Shown here in pieces: positions 22,580 through 36,705 of a stretch of DNA of 60,036 bases. A program made the translations under genes and the position numbers. Each line of letters begins with the position of its first letter. The stretch's first letter is position 1. Origin of the DNA: Octopus bimaculoides (taxonomy: Eukaryota); the NCBI RefSeq assembly GCF_001194135.2, contig NC_068989.1:78114864-78174899 (forward strand). Reading direction: 5' to 3'. The notes under the pieces were generated by a model. The model was not told the origin of the DNA. It did no database searches and saw only the letters and a list, made by a program, of their open reading frames with translations.

Positions 22580-24348
22580 TCGGTTACGTTAAGTGATTAT
22601 GGTACTGTAGTTTACCAACGTGTTTGTTAGTGAATAAATACTTTAAATACTTTTAAATTTTATTGATATGCATACATTCTTATCTATATACTGATAGCTA
22701 CAAGCTTCGAAATGTATGGCGCGTGTTTTTTGTACCAGGTCGTGTGTCTGTGAATGTTTGTATGACTGCATATAAAAGTGTGTCTCTATTATATCACGAA
22801 TGTCTGACAAAATAGATTGCCATTAGAATGTTACATGAACGGGTGTCCTTATATTGAACTAAAGTTAACGAACCAATTGTAAGAAACATATAGTCAAACA
22901 TAAAACAATGTGACATTCAGCACACTCCATGGATACTTTGAAATATCTGATGTTTTAGTTACGACCGTTTTATGGCATAAATTTCGACTGCAAATATAAA
23001 CTTGCTAGTAATTTATGTCGATTTTATGAAGCTAATAATTCATTCATGTCCAAATTGTTATTACCTTACTACATATATCTATCACACTGGAGGCGAAATA
23101 CGTGAAAACTAAGATGTGCATGGAACATACATGATATCACCTCCAAGTTATTGGTTGGATGAAAATCATTTTCCATCACCAGCTTCAGTGATCTTATAAA
23201 TAGCAATATGGAACTTAATATTCATGGCTGGCTAGTTTACTACGTAGCAATGCTCATATAATATAATTTATCGATGTACTAAATTAATTTAATATTAACC
23301 ATATATGTCTAGTTGAGTAATTTTCTCTATTTTAAATATTGGCTTATAATATTGTCGAACTTATACTGCGATTTCCCAAATCTGCATTTGCAAATGCTAA
23401 CTGGCATACTTTCTGATACTTCAATGAATGGTTTAATGTGCAGATATTAGTTTGGAAACAAATAAAAATCAAAACATCAAAAGATCTGCATTTAAACCGT
23501 GATGCTTTGGAAAACCATTATCTAAGTTTAAGAGAGATCAGCTCTTAGTCGTCGTATATAACTTAATGCTGCAGTAATGATCAAGGCGTTCTTACAAAGG
23601 AAGACATAACAAAGACGAGCAGACATTCACAAATTATATAATGAAGGAAATGTGTAATTCACTTACCCTAATCAAGACTAGGCATAGTGTTATATAACGG
23701 AAATACTAAGCTTTCATCTTGTTTACTAAGGAATGTAAAACCGATTTGGAAACTAAGTTCTTCAAAATTTCAATAGCATTAAATATTTGAAGCTAACATT
23801 AACACAGAAATTCTTAATTCAAAATAGCGAATTTTTCATTAAATAGAAGTGAAGAATATGTCTGGAGAATGGGGGAACGAAATGTTCTGATGCTCATAAT
23901 ATTACCATGCAAAATCTATGGGAAAGAAAAATAAGCTAGTAACAGTAAAAATCCAAAACACGGTAAGGAAATGGAAATACGCAAATTTAAGTTCTTGTCC
24001 TACAACATTGAGTCCGTATCAAAAAAATATATTTTCATCATTCAAAATAATTTCAGATCTTTTAGAGAATATAAGGTATTTGCTATTATGTTGAACGGTA
24101 GTATGTCCAAATTAGGCCAAATGCGGTCTTTTTTTTTTCAATATTTAATTTTGCTTTCAATGGCCGGTTTTTTTGCTCGAACTATTGTAACTCCAGCTGA
24201 TTCAGATGCTAAGATATCAAAAAATTGTCAAACTGTAGTACAACGGTTTTGCCATGGAATAATGAAACTATTTGTTCGTATTCTGAACAAGCTACGTTTT
24301 GGACTTACGACAATTTTGCATAAGAGCAACGATACGTGACCGTATACT

Positions 24349-24397
<49 letters not shown>

Positions 24398-27300
24398 GTA
24401 TATACGTATGTAAAGAACCGATGCAAGATCTTTTCTATGTATGCAAAATTCCCATATTTTGTACTGAACCCACGCACACACCCAAATTAAAAAGTCTATA
24501 TGATTGCTTTGCTACGTATGAAACATTTAGAAATCCTTTGCCATTTGAAAAGTAAATAAAACAATAAGCAAAATCTGCAACTTTATCAAAGGAGTATATT
24601 ATTATATTCATGATTTTAAGACAAAATATGCTGGTACATTTTCATTGTCTACTAATGGTGAAACCTAATTAACTTTTTTCCCCTCTCTCATTCCTTGATG
24701 TATTCGGAAATATTAGATCTTATTTCTAAAACCGTTGTCAATAACGAATACATAAATGTGTGCGTGCGTGTGTATGTATAGATCTGTGAGGGGTGCTGAG
24801 TGGATGGGCGAATTTATTTCATGGACAGCATGCAGTAAGATTGTAAAGAATGTATTCCACTTTCTTCTTAACTTTTATTATTTTTTAAAACCTATTTTAA
24901 ACTTCCGTAAACATTCCGCCCAACAAATTTTATTTCCACTTCACATTTTTACAACCTGCACTATAGTTAGAAGCTAAAGTCTTGAGGCATACACACAAGT
25001 GGGACGACAGAGGCAAAGATTAGAAAGTTAAAGAGAAAAGCAATGAATAACAAGTTCCAGCAGCAAAGAATATGAATGGGCAGTACACTGTTATCAAGCA
25101 GTATGTCGACAGATACGACGAGGGATGAACTTAAAATATCAAGTTTTATATACGATATCAAGAAATAAAATAAGCACAGCGAAATAACATGAATGAATAC
25201 TAACTGAGTATCGGAGAGAGATTCGACAAATGAATCAAGTACGAGGGTAAGATATGAATGAAGAACAAAAGCTTTTGGAAAAGTTTCGACAAGAAAACTA
25301 CGTCAGGATAGGGATTTGATGGTCTGAGTATGTAACATTAGAATGAACAGTTTTCTTTCATGACAATAATGCGATGGCCAGTCTGAATTGAAATACTTGA
25401 ACATAGTTCGATACTGTTTTGAATATATCGAGATATATCTAGATTAATACCTTAATATGAAAGTAAGGAAGTTCCCACAATTTTGAATAACCACAAGTCC
25501 TGCTAAGTATTATAATGATGTAGAGTTATTCGATTGTAAACGTTGGCTGCATGAAAATAAAGCGCTACAATGACTCGTCACTAAACGGTGTGATACGAAG
25601 CGTGTTAACCTCACACACACAAATACACACACACATAAATACACGCACACACAAACACACACACACATAAAAATGTATATAAATTATTAACGAAGAGAAA
25701 TACTTCAGCTTTATTTCGATTCAATTATATTAATTGTTTAGGCAATAACTATATCCTACTGAGTTTTTATTGTTGATTTTTGTTTATATATATATATATA
25801 TGTCTAAGTATCGAATCTGTTACACGCAAAATACATGCTGATGCCGATTTCACCTGTGAAAGCAGAAACATGTGATCAATGCTGCCCATTTGTCTTCAGA
25901 CAATCAGATTTTCTTTCTTTAATAGCACGACAATATTGGAGAATTTCTTGGCTTTCTTAATTTACTTTCCCTTTTTATTTGGAGTTGGTTCCATATGCTA
26001 CTAAGCGACCGTTTTACCATGCATGAAATGAAATATGGTCTCGATAGATCCAGAATTAATCCTGCGAGGTATTTCGTATACTCCTATTCGCCTTTGATGT
26101 TCATATGTACGTCAGTAGCCATACCAATTTATTTCTCTTGGCATATTTTATTCGATCATATATATAGAGACAGCTTAATAGATGCATTCACCCGAACCCT
26201 GCATACATTAGTCACTATATTTTGTCGGCTAAGAAAACTATTAATACACCGCTCTATATTTTTCAGTAAATGCTTGTCGAAATATGTATTCAATTCAATG
26301 GAATATAAAATAGCAACCAAACGTGCTTCTATCAAGTACATTGTTTTTTTTTTCTCAATTATTCAGGTGTTTTCACTATAAATAATTTGATTAATTAATG
26401 ATTTAAATGATGTCTGTAATTTTATTTTTAAATTATATCATTTTATTCTTGTTGCTGTTGATGTGCATTTTTGCAATAGTCTCTTCATTTACTAATCTGT
26501 TAACAAGATGTAATGGTAAATCAATTTAAGTAATGATGAATGACTAGATAAAGCAATGTCCATCGGATATTTTCGTTTCTTGTGTTTTAAATATAAAGCG
26601 TATTACTTCAAAATATCTCATAAATGCATTGTTGAATCTTATCGTGCCTGAGGCGGCTTTTAGACGGTGAAGAAACGAATTTGACTATTTAATAGCATTT
26701 CTTAAAGAACAGATCAAATAAACGGTGCAGCCATTTGGAAGAAGATAATGCATTCGCATTAATCAATGATCTAAAACTGCTTTACCTGAAAATAGAACCT
26801 ATCCACGGAGGTAGACAGGAAAGTGTTGTCTGTCTTTCAGGAAACCAACTACTGTCAGAATGAATTTTCGTTTTATTATTTTTATTTTATATAAAAGGAT
26901 GCAGCACATATTTATAACAGCGCTGTTAGAACATCGCTATTCCCAATAAAAACCGGAACAATTTCAACAAAATTTACATTTTAATGAGTCTCTGTAAATA
27001 ATAAACAACCTCATTTAGGAAGCCTAGGAAGCGCCTTCTGTACGGTTGAAAATCTTAACTGAATGTCATGCGATGTAGTTATTCTAACTTTGTGTAAATA
27101 TACTTTCAGTCATTGAAAGCAGCATAACGTACTATATCCGCTTATACAATTTGAGTATACTAGAAACGTGCCTCTCAACCTATGCAAAAACATTGATTTC
27201 CTGACTAGTTTATTTTATGATATAAATAAAGTTTGCATTAAATCCAGTGACGCTAAAAAGCAACTAAATTAACTTTTTGTGAATGTGTTAATTTTCATCT

Positions 27301-27801
27301 CATGGCACTGAAACACTTTTCGTTGGCTTAACAATGAGTCTTCTCTTTCATTAGTCACACATGTCGACTAATATGAAAAAGCTATTCATTATAAAGTGCC
27401 ATATGTCTCAATCACAGAACAGGCAGCGTAAAAAAATCTACCTTTCATTTTTAGTGTCTGTTTATATTTGTCTGAATTGCAAAACAAGAAAAATCATCAC
27501 AAGTGTTCAGTTGCTAATGGGCATCATTTGAGAGGTTTAATGAGATCTTTCTCTCATCCAATTCCATTTGTCATGGCTTGCCCCCTCTGCATCTCAACAT
27601 TTCTGATACGGGCGCTCACACACATACACACAAACGCACACATATATGTGTGTGTGTATGTATGTGCCTATATANNNNNNNNNNNNNNNNNNNNNNNNNN
27701 NNNNNNNNNNNNNNNNNNNNNNNNNNNNNNNNNNNNNNNNNNNNNNNNNNNNNNATATATATATATATACGTAAATATGCATGTTGATAGAAGATAGATA
27801 G

Positions 27802-27891
<90 letters not shown>

Positions 27892-27949
27892 TCAATTGTA
27901 AGTAGACTCCTCTTCGTTATGTCATTTGTTCGGACATTGATTGGTGCTA

Positions 27950-28290
27950 AAATCTTGTTGCTGTATTATTTTCATTTCAGTGGCCAGATGGATTGAGATA
28001 CTCCAACTCCTTTCGGGTTTCTCTGCAACATCAGTTGCCTAACGACAGTAATTAATTTCAACTTGAGAGTCCGAAGGCTCATGTCAAGTTCCCCAGGTCG
28101 ACCTCAGCGAGATGCTGTTGATTCCCTTTGCTTGTGAATTGTACAAACCCTGTGTCGATTGGTGAAAGGACCTCAAAGTTTGTTCAGCTTTACGATAACG
28201 GAATACACTCTCACATTGGCACACAATGTGCCTTCTTTGAAAATCAGAAAACTCTTTTGGCTCTAGTGTTCGCGGCATGGCTAGTTGCTA
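27950..28290 (-). mobile_element. Tc1-like transposase N-terminal (paired-like HTH) remnant
   Basis: MPRTLEPKEFSDFQRRHIV..; after a frameshift ASR*GRPG (GRPR-type linker); homologous to 34806-35110. Confidence 0.75.
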
Positions 28291-28502
28291 TAAACAGTTG
28301 TTATACTGTAATTTGAAATGAGAAATGATATATTCACAAGTTTGAAGAAAAGGTAAGATGATAATGCATTTACAGGTTTGAAGCAGAATGCAGTGTCAAC
28401 ACAGATAAACCGGCGTAACGATGAATGTCTACGTTTGATATGTCTGTGTGCATCGGACTGAGGGTGTGTGTGTGTGTCTGTGTGTGTGTATGTGTGCACG
28501 TG

Positions 28503-28595
28503 TGCGCATGCCCTGCAAATACATACTACAAAATGTGTTTCACGCCGCTTCAGTTGTAATGGCGTTAAAATGGAGCCGCAGCTGAGTAGGTAATT
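28503..28595 (+). promoter_or_regulatory. Candidate core promoter and short first exon (speculative)
   Basis: tgcgcatg motif, CpG patch, TCAGTT Inr-like (28550-28555), AAAATGG context (ATG 28570), MEPQLS then AG|gtaatt at 28589/28590. Confidence 0.2.
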
Positions 28596-28727
28596 TTAAA
28601 TAAACTATCCTCTCAAACGGTCCTGTCTTCCTTATTTATTCTGTTTTCTTGAATTCCATCTTTTTTATTTGTTCGACCAAAACAAAAAAAAACAATATAT
28701 CTTATAAGTGTAAATGTATGTAGTTTG

Positions 28728-28784
<57 letters not shown>

Positions 28785-29616
28785 CAGTGTGCACATGATA
28801 AAAACTTATATTGAATGCATGGATTTCAGTAAGAATGTCTAAATACATTACAAGATTAATTTCTTCAGTAAATGCGAACGAACTCTATCTTGGTGTTTAA
28901 TCTAATTGATTTAACTAAATTATATTTTTATCCGCTAGTGTTAGAAATTTGTGTTGAATGTTTCAAGCGACATTCGTAGCGAGTTGCGCTTCTGTTCTGA
29001 TAAATGTTTACGTTAAGATCTGTATGTTGTGCTTTTGTAGCATTTTCTTCGTTTTCGGTCGATAATAACGATGGCATATACTTATGTTGAAGTAGATTTC
29101 ACTAATTCACTCAACTTAACTCTAAACAGAATTTATTGCATCGTATACGATTTCACATTCAATACTATGTTTCTGTTTCTCTTTTTCTTTTACAATTCGA
29201 AACTGCATCAATACAGCACATTTATATAATTATATAATCTAGCTAGTCGTTGACACTTATAAACTACTCAGGTAGAGAACTGTAACACAATTTTGGTGAT
29301 ATTCACCACAAACAAATCTTTTAGAATGAAAATTCCATACACGTTGTCAGCATGCAATAACATGCAGCTGATCCGAAAATTTGCTTATACATTTTTATTC
29401 GACGTCAAATCAGGTTTTGCAATTTGCACGATAGCTTGTAGGAAACAAAGAGAAAAATATATAAACCTATACTTACTTTCAGTTTAGAGCTTTGACTACC
29501 CTATTTGTTTTTTTAAATCGAAATATAATTCCATTGAGGCATCTTTGAAACATCTCACTATGTGTCTTTGTTATATACACGCACGTAGACACCACACACA
29601 CACATCATATACACAT

Positions 29617-29694
<78 letters not shown>

Positions 29695-29789
29695 CACACA
29701 GGCAGACAGCACCGCAATCAAAATAAAGTAAGAAATATATTTCTGACGAATTCCCAAAGAATTTAATAGTACTATTCTTGCTAAAGACA

Positions 29790-29790
29790 C

Positions 29791-29851
<61 letters not shown>

Positions 29852-29863
29852 CATTATTATCAT

Positions 29864-29930
<67 letters not shown>
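29790..29930. repeat. Adjacent (TTA)n and (GTA)n arrays
   Basis: Direct reading. Confidence 0.97.
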
Positions 29931-29931
<1 letters not shown>

Positions 29932-30193
29932 CAATCATGACCGAGGCGGTGGGTCATTCTCTCTCTATGTTTTCCTAACCTCTACTACTAACGCTGTTAT
30001 CCAGTTATCTCCCTTCCTATACTATACTAAGGTGCACCAGAACATTACCCTTTTCCCCATCATTTCTTACAGTATTTTAAAGCACTGAGATGCAAATGGC
30101 CCACAAAATTTCAACATATAGCCCATAGGTAACGACCTTGCTAACACCAAGGTACACCTAACTCATAAGTTTTAAACTATCAAATTCAGATAT

Positions 30194-30344
30194 GGCTGTG
30201 TGGCAAGAAGATTGCTTCCCAACAACATAGTTCAGGGTTCAGTCGCACTGCGTGGCACCTTGGGCAAGTATTTTCTGCTATAGCCTCGGGCCTACCAAAT
30301 CCACGTGAGTGGAGTTGGTAGACGGAAACTGAAAGAAGCCCGCC

Positions 30345-30399
<55 letters not shown>

Positions 30400-30656
30400 T
30401 ATCTATGTGAGTGTGTCTGTCTGTCTGACTGTCTTTGTGTCCATGTTTGTGCCTCCATGCCCCATCACCGCTTGACAACCGGTGCTGGTGAGTTTACGTC
30501 CCCGTCAATTACCGGTTTAACAAAAGCGACTGATAGAATAAATACTAGGCTTAAAAACATGTCCTCAGGACGATTTCTTCGTCTTAAACCCTTCAAGGCG
30601 GTGCTCCAGCATGGCTGCAGTCAAATGACTGATGCAAGTAAAAGAATAAAAGAATA
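30194..30656 (+). mobile_element. Full-length SINE family A (tRNA head, CORE-like accttgggcaag, internal microsatellite, A-rich tail)
   Basis: ggctgtgtggcaagaag..gggttcagtcgcactgcgtggcaccttgggcaagt..gacggaaactgaaagaagccc-(TA)n-..gcttgacaaccg..gcggtgctccagcatggctgcagtc..aaaagaataaaagaata. Confidence 0.92.
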
Positions 30657-31041
30657 TAGGTTTCTATCCTCGCAGATAGGAAGTATCGAATATTTATGTT
30701 TCCAATACTTTAGTGAGCCAGCCACGTGTAAGAAATCAATATTAGTTTAATGTAATCGAGAAAGGCACTTGATGGGAACATTCTTGTGATTTCGTTACTT
30801 ACAAGGTGATTTGACATGAAGGGACAGAGCGGGCATCAGTTCTGCTTTACGTGATTCGTTTTGGGTTGTTAGAAATATTCGATCACTTCTTGTTTCGTTG
30901 AGAAAGTAGTTGTGCTTTACAATTTTGCTGGCGGAAAACATAGTCTTACAACCAGCTTGGAACGTATATATACATACATATATATATATGCAAGCATACA
31001 TGCATGCATGCATGTATGCAATCACACGTACATACAATCAT

Positions 31042-31418
31042 ATATACATGCATGGTTGGTACTCCGTCGGTTACGAAGACGACGGTTCCAGATGATCCGA
31101 TCAACGGAACAGCCTGCTCGTGAAATTAACGTGCGAGTGGCTGAGCACTCCACAGACACGTGTGCCTTTAACGTAGTTCTCGGGGATATTCAGCGTGGCA
31201 CAGAGTGTGACAAGGCTGGCCCTTTGAAATACAAGTACAACAGAAACAGGAAGAAAGAGTGAAAGAATACAGCAGGATTCACCACCATCCCCTGCCGGAG
31301 CCTCGTGGAGCTTTGGGTCTTTTCGCTCAGTAAGCACTCACAACGGCCGGTATGGGAATCGAAACCGCGATCCTACGACCGCGATTTCGCTGCCGTAAAC
31401 ACTGGGCTATTGCGCCTC
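31042..31418 (-). mobile_element. Full-length tRNA-headed SINE (family D)
   Basis: Minus head gaggcgcaatagcccagtgtttacggcagcgaaatcgcggtcgtaggatcgcggtttcgattccc; LINE-like tail ..ggatcatctggaaccgtcgtcttcgtaaccgacggagt. Confidence 0.85.
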
Positions 31419-31484
31419 TACTTTACATACATACATAAATACAATCATACATACATGCATGCATATCTACATGTGTGTGTGTAC

Positions 31485-31542
<58 letters not shown>

Positions 31543-31649
31543 GTACATGTTAAACATATAAATAGATTTTCTCTTCCAAAAATAACGAATCCTTTAGAGG
31601 AAACCCAGTGAGGTAAAGTGAAAAACTGAAAGAGTTATTCAAAAGTGAT

Positions 31650-32210
31650 CTCTCTACGCTTTAGATGGGGAAGACGCAAATTTAGCTTCTGGTCCAGATT
31701 GATATAGCGATCCTTTTCAAATCATGCAAGCCAGCCCTCACAAAATCACTACAACTTTTTCAGAGCTTCGGGGCAAATAATAAGCTCCAAGGCAAGTTGA
31801 AGGAGTGAGTGTATTCCTTATCCATAAAGGAGGATGCAGAGAAGATGCAAAAAATTATAGGCCTATCTTACTGGATTCGCACATCAACAAAGTCATGGAA
31901 TGAAAAGTCTGTAGGAAACCAATTGGAGTTGGACGCAGTACACATGGGCATTCAGTTGATGGCTAGAAAATTCATATCATACGCTACCAGCTCATGTAGC
32001 TGAATGAAATGCAGTCAGGATACACTGGCCCAGAAGAATTGCATTGTCTGAATTAAAATCAGTGCCCAACTTGAGTATTGACGTGAATAATGGTGCCTCT
32101 TTCCAAATGCATATTACTAAGTTGGCAATAATATACCGACTGCTGGCCGGATAAATCCTTAGAACTTTCAGAGCGAGAGAACAGGAAACAATGATGGCTC
32201 TTTGGAGGGT
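31650..32210 (+). mobile_element. CR1/L2-like RT fragment with internal deletion of the catalytic core
   Basis: ASGPD..IHKGGCREDAKNYRPILLDSHINKVME (31820-31900), then within about 150 bp SVPNLSIDVNNGASFQMHITKLA..LAG*ILRTFRAREQETMMALWR; no YADD region in between. Confidence 0.85.
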
Positions 32211-33078
32211 TAGAATTTGGGTTTTTAGATTCAGAGTTCGAGTTTAGGTTCGAGGTTTACGTTAGAATGAAGGTTTTGGGTAATCGTTTAGGGTTGGGGT
32301 TTAAGGTGAGTCCGACCAGTCGAGTTAATCAATTAGTACTATATTTTTGGTGAACATTTTCTAAATTTTTTCTGTGATAAGCCATTAACAAAATCTGATT
32401 CAGCTTACAAAAAAAAAAACAAAAACATTCTTATACCAAATTTGAAAATGTTCACTTAATTTTTATTTCATTTCATTCGCTAAATTCACTTAAATTTTTA
32501 TTCCGGTTGAGCATATCTCACAGCAAGAAAGTCTGACAAAAGCAGTATCAAACTCCTTTATTCACCAAATGCCCCATATGAGATGACATTTGAAGTAGTA
32601 AAGATGTAGCAAAGTTAACGATGTTCTCCAGTATGGGCGCGGCTCTCGAGGTGGATTTAGTTAAAGAGTTACATATACGTATGTGTGTGTGCCTGCGCGT
32701 GCTAGTGGTGGGCGTGTGTGCGCATGCGTGTGTGCACGCGCGTGTGTATACATACAGACATACATACGTATATAGCACTGTTGTATCAAAGTATCATAGA
32801 TAATTCTGTTTCTCTTCGCTTTCAAAAGTGAAAAATAATATTATTTTCACAAATTAAAAATGACTGAAAGTAAGAAAAATATTTTCTTTGTACTATACAG
32901 CTAATTCAGTTTTAAAGCATAATGCATATCAATAAAAAATGATGTTTACATACTACAAAATTTGTATTATTATTAACGATGTTTCTAAAATTTTATATTG
33001 ATTACATTTCATTTTATACTAAAAGCAGTGTTGCTCAAATAGTATAGCACGTACACACACACACACAGACACACACAC

Positions 33079-33159
<81 letters not shown>

Positions 33160-33652
33160 NNNNNNNNNNNNNNNNNNNNNNNNNNNNNNNNNNNNNNNNN
33201 NNNNNNNNNNNNNNNNNNNNNNNNNNNNNNNNNNNNNNNNNNNNNNNNNNNNNNNNNNNNNNNNNNNNNNNNNNNNNNNNNNNNNNNNNNNNNNNNNNNN
33301 NNNNNNNNNNNNNNNNNNNNNNNNNNNNNNNNNNNNNNNNNNNNNNNNNNNNNNNNNNNNNNNNNNNNNNNNNNNNNNNNNNNNNNNNNNNNNNNNNNNN
33401 NNNNNNNNNNNNNNNNNNNNNNNNNNNNNNNNNNNNNNNNNNNNNNNNNNNNNNNNNNNNNNNNNNNNNNNNNNNNNNNNNNNNNNNNNNNNNNNNNNNN
33501 NNNNNNNNNNNNNNNNNNNNNNNNNNNNNNNNNNNNNNNNNNNNNNNNNNNNNNNNNNNNNNNNNNNNNNNNNNNNNNNNNNNNNNNNNNNNNNNNNNNN
33601 NNNNNNNNNNNNNNNNNNNNNNNNNNNNNNNNNNNNNNNNNNNNNNNNNNNN

Positions 33653-33688
<36 letters not shown>

Positions 33689-34364
33689 AACGATGTTTTG
33701 TTTTACAAATCTAAATGTAAAATCATACAGGAATTTGTTCAGAATTTAATATTTGATGCTTCCTCAAAAAAATTCAAAGATAATATCGGGTAAACAAATT
33801 TAAATACTCAGATGTCAACTTAAAACTTGGGAATTAGTTTTCGCTATTAATTTCCAAGTGAAAATGCGTTCTCTTCTTGTTAGAGGTGTTTCGCTCATGG
33901 TCGTTTAGGTCATAAGTTCAATTTGCACGGACGAACTTAATATCATGTTGTTCTAGTACACTATGAGGAAAAAGAGTTCAGTGGCATTCAGATGTTAAGC
34001 TTTCAACGGACTTGTAAGTCGGGGAAAGTCTGCCGTGAAGAAACGCAGGACTTGAGACAGACTAGGCTTTCCCTACTAATCTATTACCGCCCAATATCTT
34101 GCTCGTGCATATATAGCGAAATGATATAAGTACAAGTGTTTAGTGTTTATATTTTAACTATTATTTGCTACATTTATTGGATTGTGGACATGCCTGATCA
34201 CCTCATTGAAGAGGTTAGTCAAGTTCTGGCACAGATGTAACCAATGCCACTCGAGTGGTAAGAAGTACAACTACAAGACACATACAGATATATACATATA
34301 TTAGGAAATATATATACAAACACATATACTTTTGGGTGGGTGTGTGTGTGTGTGTGTGCGTGTG

Positions 34365-34408
<44 letters not shown>

Positions 34409-34424
34409 TGTGTGTGTGTGTGTA

Positions 34425-34640
34425 TTCTTATACTCTTTTACTTTCCATCATTTTTCTGCAGCGACAATGGAGCACTGTCTTGAAAGGTTTTTAGTCGAAC
34501 GAATCGATCCGTGGACTTATTTCTTAAGCCTAGTACTAATTATATCTGTCTCTTTCGACGATACGCTAAGTGACAACGAAATAAACACAACAACACCAGT
34601 TGTCAAGCGGAGATGGTAGGATAAACACAGATATTAAGAA
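34425..34640 (-). mobile_element. SINE family A 3' half
   Basis: ctgcagcgacaatggagcactg..gtcgaacgaatcgatcc..aagcctagtact..caccagttgtcaagcgg is the reverse complement of the family tail. Confidence 0.8.
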
Positions 34641-34805
34641 ACACACACATATATACATGTGTGTGTGAGTGCGTGTATGTGTGGGTCTACAGACATAACA
34701 GCAGTAAATAGACACGAATAAAACATCGTTTTATTTTTATGCTCAATTGAAAAGGTTTATGTTTGATATTTTTATGTTTCAGATTCTACATGTGACTGCT
34801 TAATA

Positions 34806-35110
34806 ATGGCATGTACCAAAGAAGCCTTGGAACGGTCTTAGTTTCAAAGAGGCCGTATTGTAGGTCATCCTTAAGGTGGACATAGTCAGCGTAAAATCAG
34901 AGAAAACCTACGGATTCAGCTTTCTACAGTTAATAGAGTGATTGTGCAATTCGCCAGAGAAGGGAAGGAGTCCACATCACATCACCCAGATCAACCAGAT
35001 CAACCAGGACCCTCTGACAGGACCCTTCTCTTTGCTAAGAAAAGTATGGTGGATACACTCTTCGTTGCAAGGCCTCTGACATAGCAGAACAAGCGGACAT
35101 AGCGGAGAAA
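34806..35110 (+). mobile_element. Tc1-like transposase N-terminal remnant (same family as 27950-28290)
   Basis: [72 protein letters not shown]; 9-bp duplication ccagatcaa. Confidence 0.85.
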
Positions 35111-36618
35111 AGTTTGGGTCAGTGAGATGGTGGAGAGGCCATTGGCATATATATATANNNNNNNNNNNNNNNNNNNNNNNNNNNNNNNNNNNNNNNNNNN
35201 NNNNNNNNNNNNNNNNNNNNNNNNNNNNNNNNNNNNNNNNNNNNNNNNNNNNNNNNNNNNNNNNNNNNNNNNNNNNNNNNNNNNNNNNNNNNNNNNNNNN
35301 NNNNNNNNNNNNNNNNNNNNNNNNNNNNNNNNNNNNNNNNNNNNNNNNNNNNNNNNNNNNNNNNNNNNNNNNATATATATATATATATATACATACATAT
35401 ATATATATGTATATATACATATATATGTATATATATATACATATATATGTATATATATATATATACATAAAGAGCCAGAGTAGATATCGTAATTTTTTTT
35501 TACCGAACCTTTTACACTTCGGCTGGTTTATACCCATAAATAATCACGAAATTTTGGCGGAGGGGATTAGATCGACCCCAGTGCTCGATTGGATTCCAAT
35601 GAAAAGCACAACTCGATGGAGTTCCTATTACTTTCACCTTAGGACTATACGAGCTGGTTTTATTGTTACTGAGTCTTTATTTGATATATACTTAGATTAC
35701 CTCCCATGGAACCGAAGTTTGGTAATTAGAGCTTAGCGATTAAAATGCAAGAAAGCATGCGATAACTCAAATATTCCCAGTTAAAATAGCGGCATACATG
35801 CGATTGAAAGAAGGTTATACACGGGATATTCTTAATTGCATTAATCAAAGCAAGTTAGGTAATTAACACTTTACTACAGACGAAATTAGATTAGAGTGAT
35901 TTCAATAATCCAAGAGTAGTCACGAAAACACTACACAGTACGATGGTATTAATTAAATGATGAGATAATAAATACTCGAGCTACTTCTAATATTAAATGA
36001 CATTTCCTAATTAATATCTTAGCTATTAACATTCTAGAACAATCGCCTAATTCCCTCCAATATGAATATATTTATTTAAATCGGAAAATCTCTTTGGTGT
36101 GCTTACATGCGACAACATATAAATGATACATTCTTTTGACCAGATACTGTATTAATGTAAGTAAAGTTACACCTTATGGAGGATTACAAATATTAAGTGT
36201 CCTGTTCTCTGTATAATAATGGAGTCTGATCCGTGTATTTTAATTTACCATTCAATATCATATACTTTAATTTATCGTTGAATCTGCTTCTTGTTCACGT
36301 TCTTACATAGCGACTTACTTAAATAGTGCTTCGCATGATGATTTAGCAACATCGCAATTGATGTCTCAATTATGCTTTACAAAAAGGTTTAGTACTGCAT
36401 TTAGAACTAAGTTAAATGTACATTGTCGGTATTTTTCTTTCCATCAATACTTATTTTATTGCGTCTTCTCTTGCCGAACCGCTACGTCACGAATAAAGAA
36501 ACAAACCACAAATGCTGTCAAGTTGTGTGAGATATAAGAGAAATCACGAACACACACACGCACATATCCCTATATATGTGTGTGTGTTCGTATTTAAGTA
36601 TGTAAGCATGTGTCTGTA

Positions 36619-36705
<87 letters not shown>

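Noticed and set aside
23660-23760. Minus-strand donor AGG|gtaagt (and lone acceptors near 25845 and 26790)
   Set aside because: No matching partner site giving an open exon; such hexamers are common in AT-rich DNA.
23971-24339. 122-aa plus-strand ORF (likewise 25995-26381, 57049-57372, 40358-40915)
   Set aside because: No motifs, low-complexity AT-driven composition, or antisense to repeats.
30194-30260. SINE heads as tRNA genes (also 31350-31418, 21770-21830, 39630-39720)
   Set aside because: A/B boxes are present, but there is no full cloverleaf or acceptor stem and they continue into SINE bodies.
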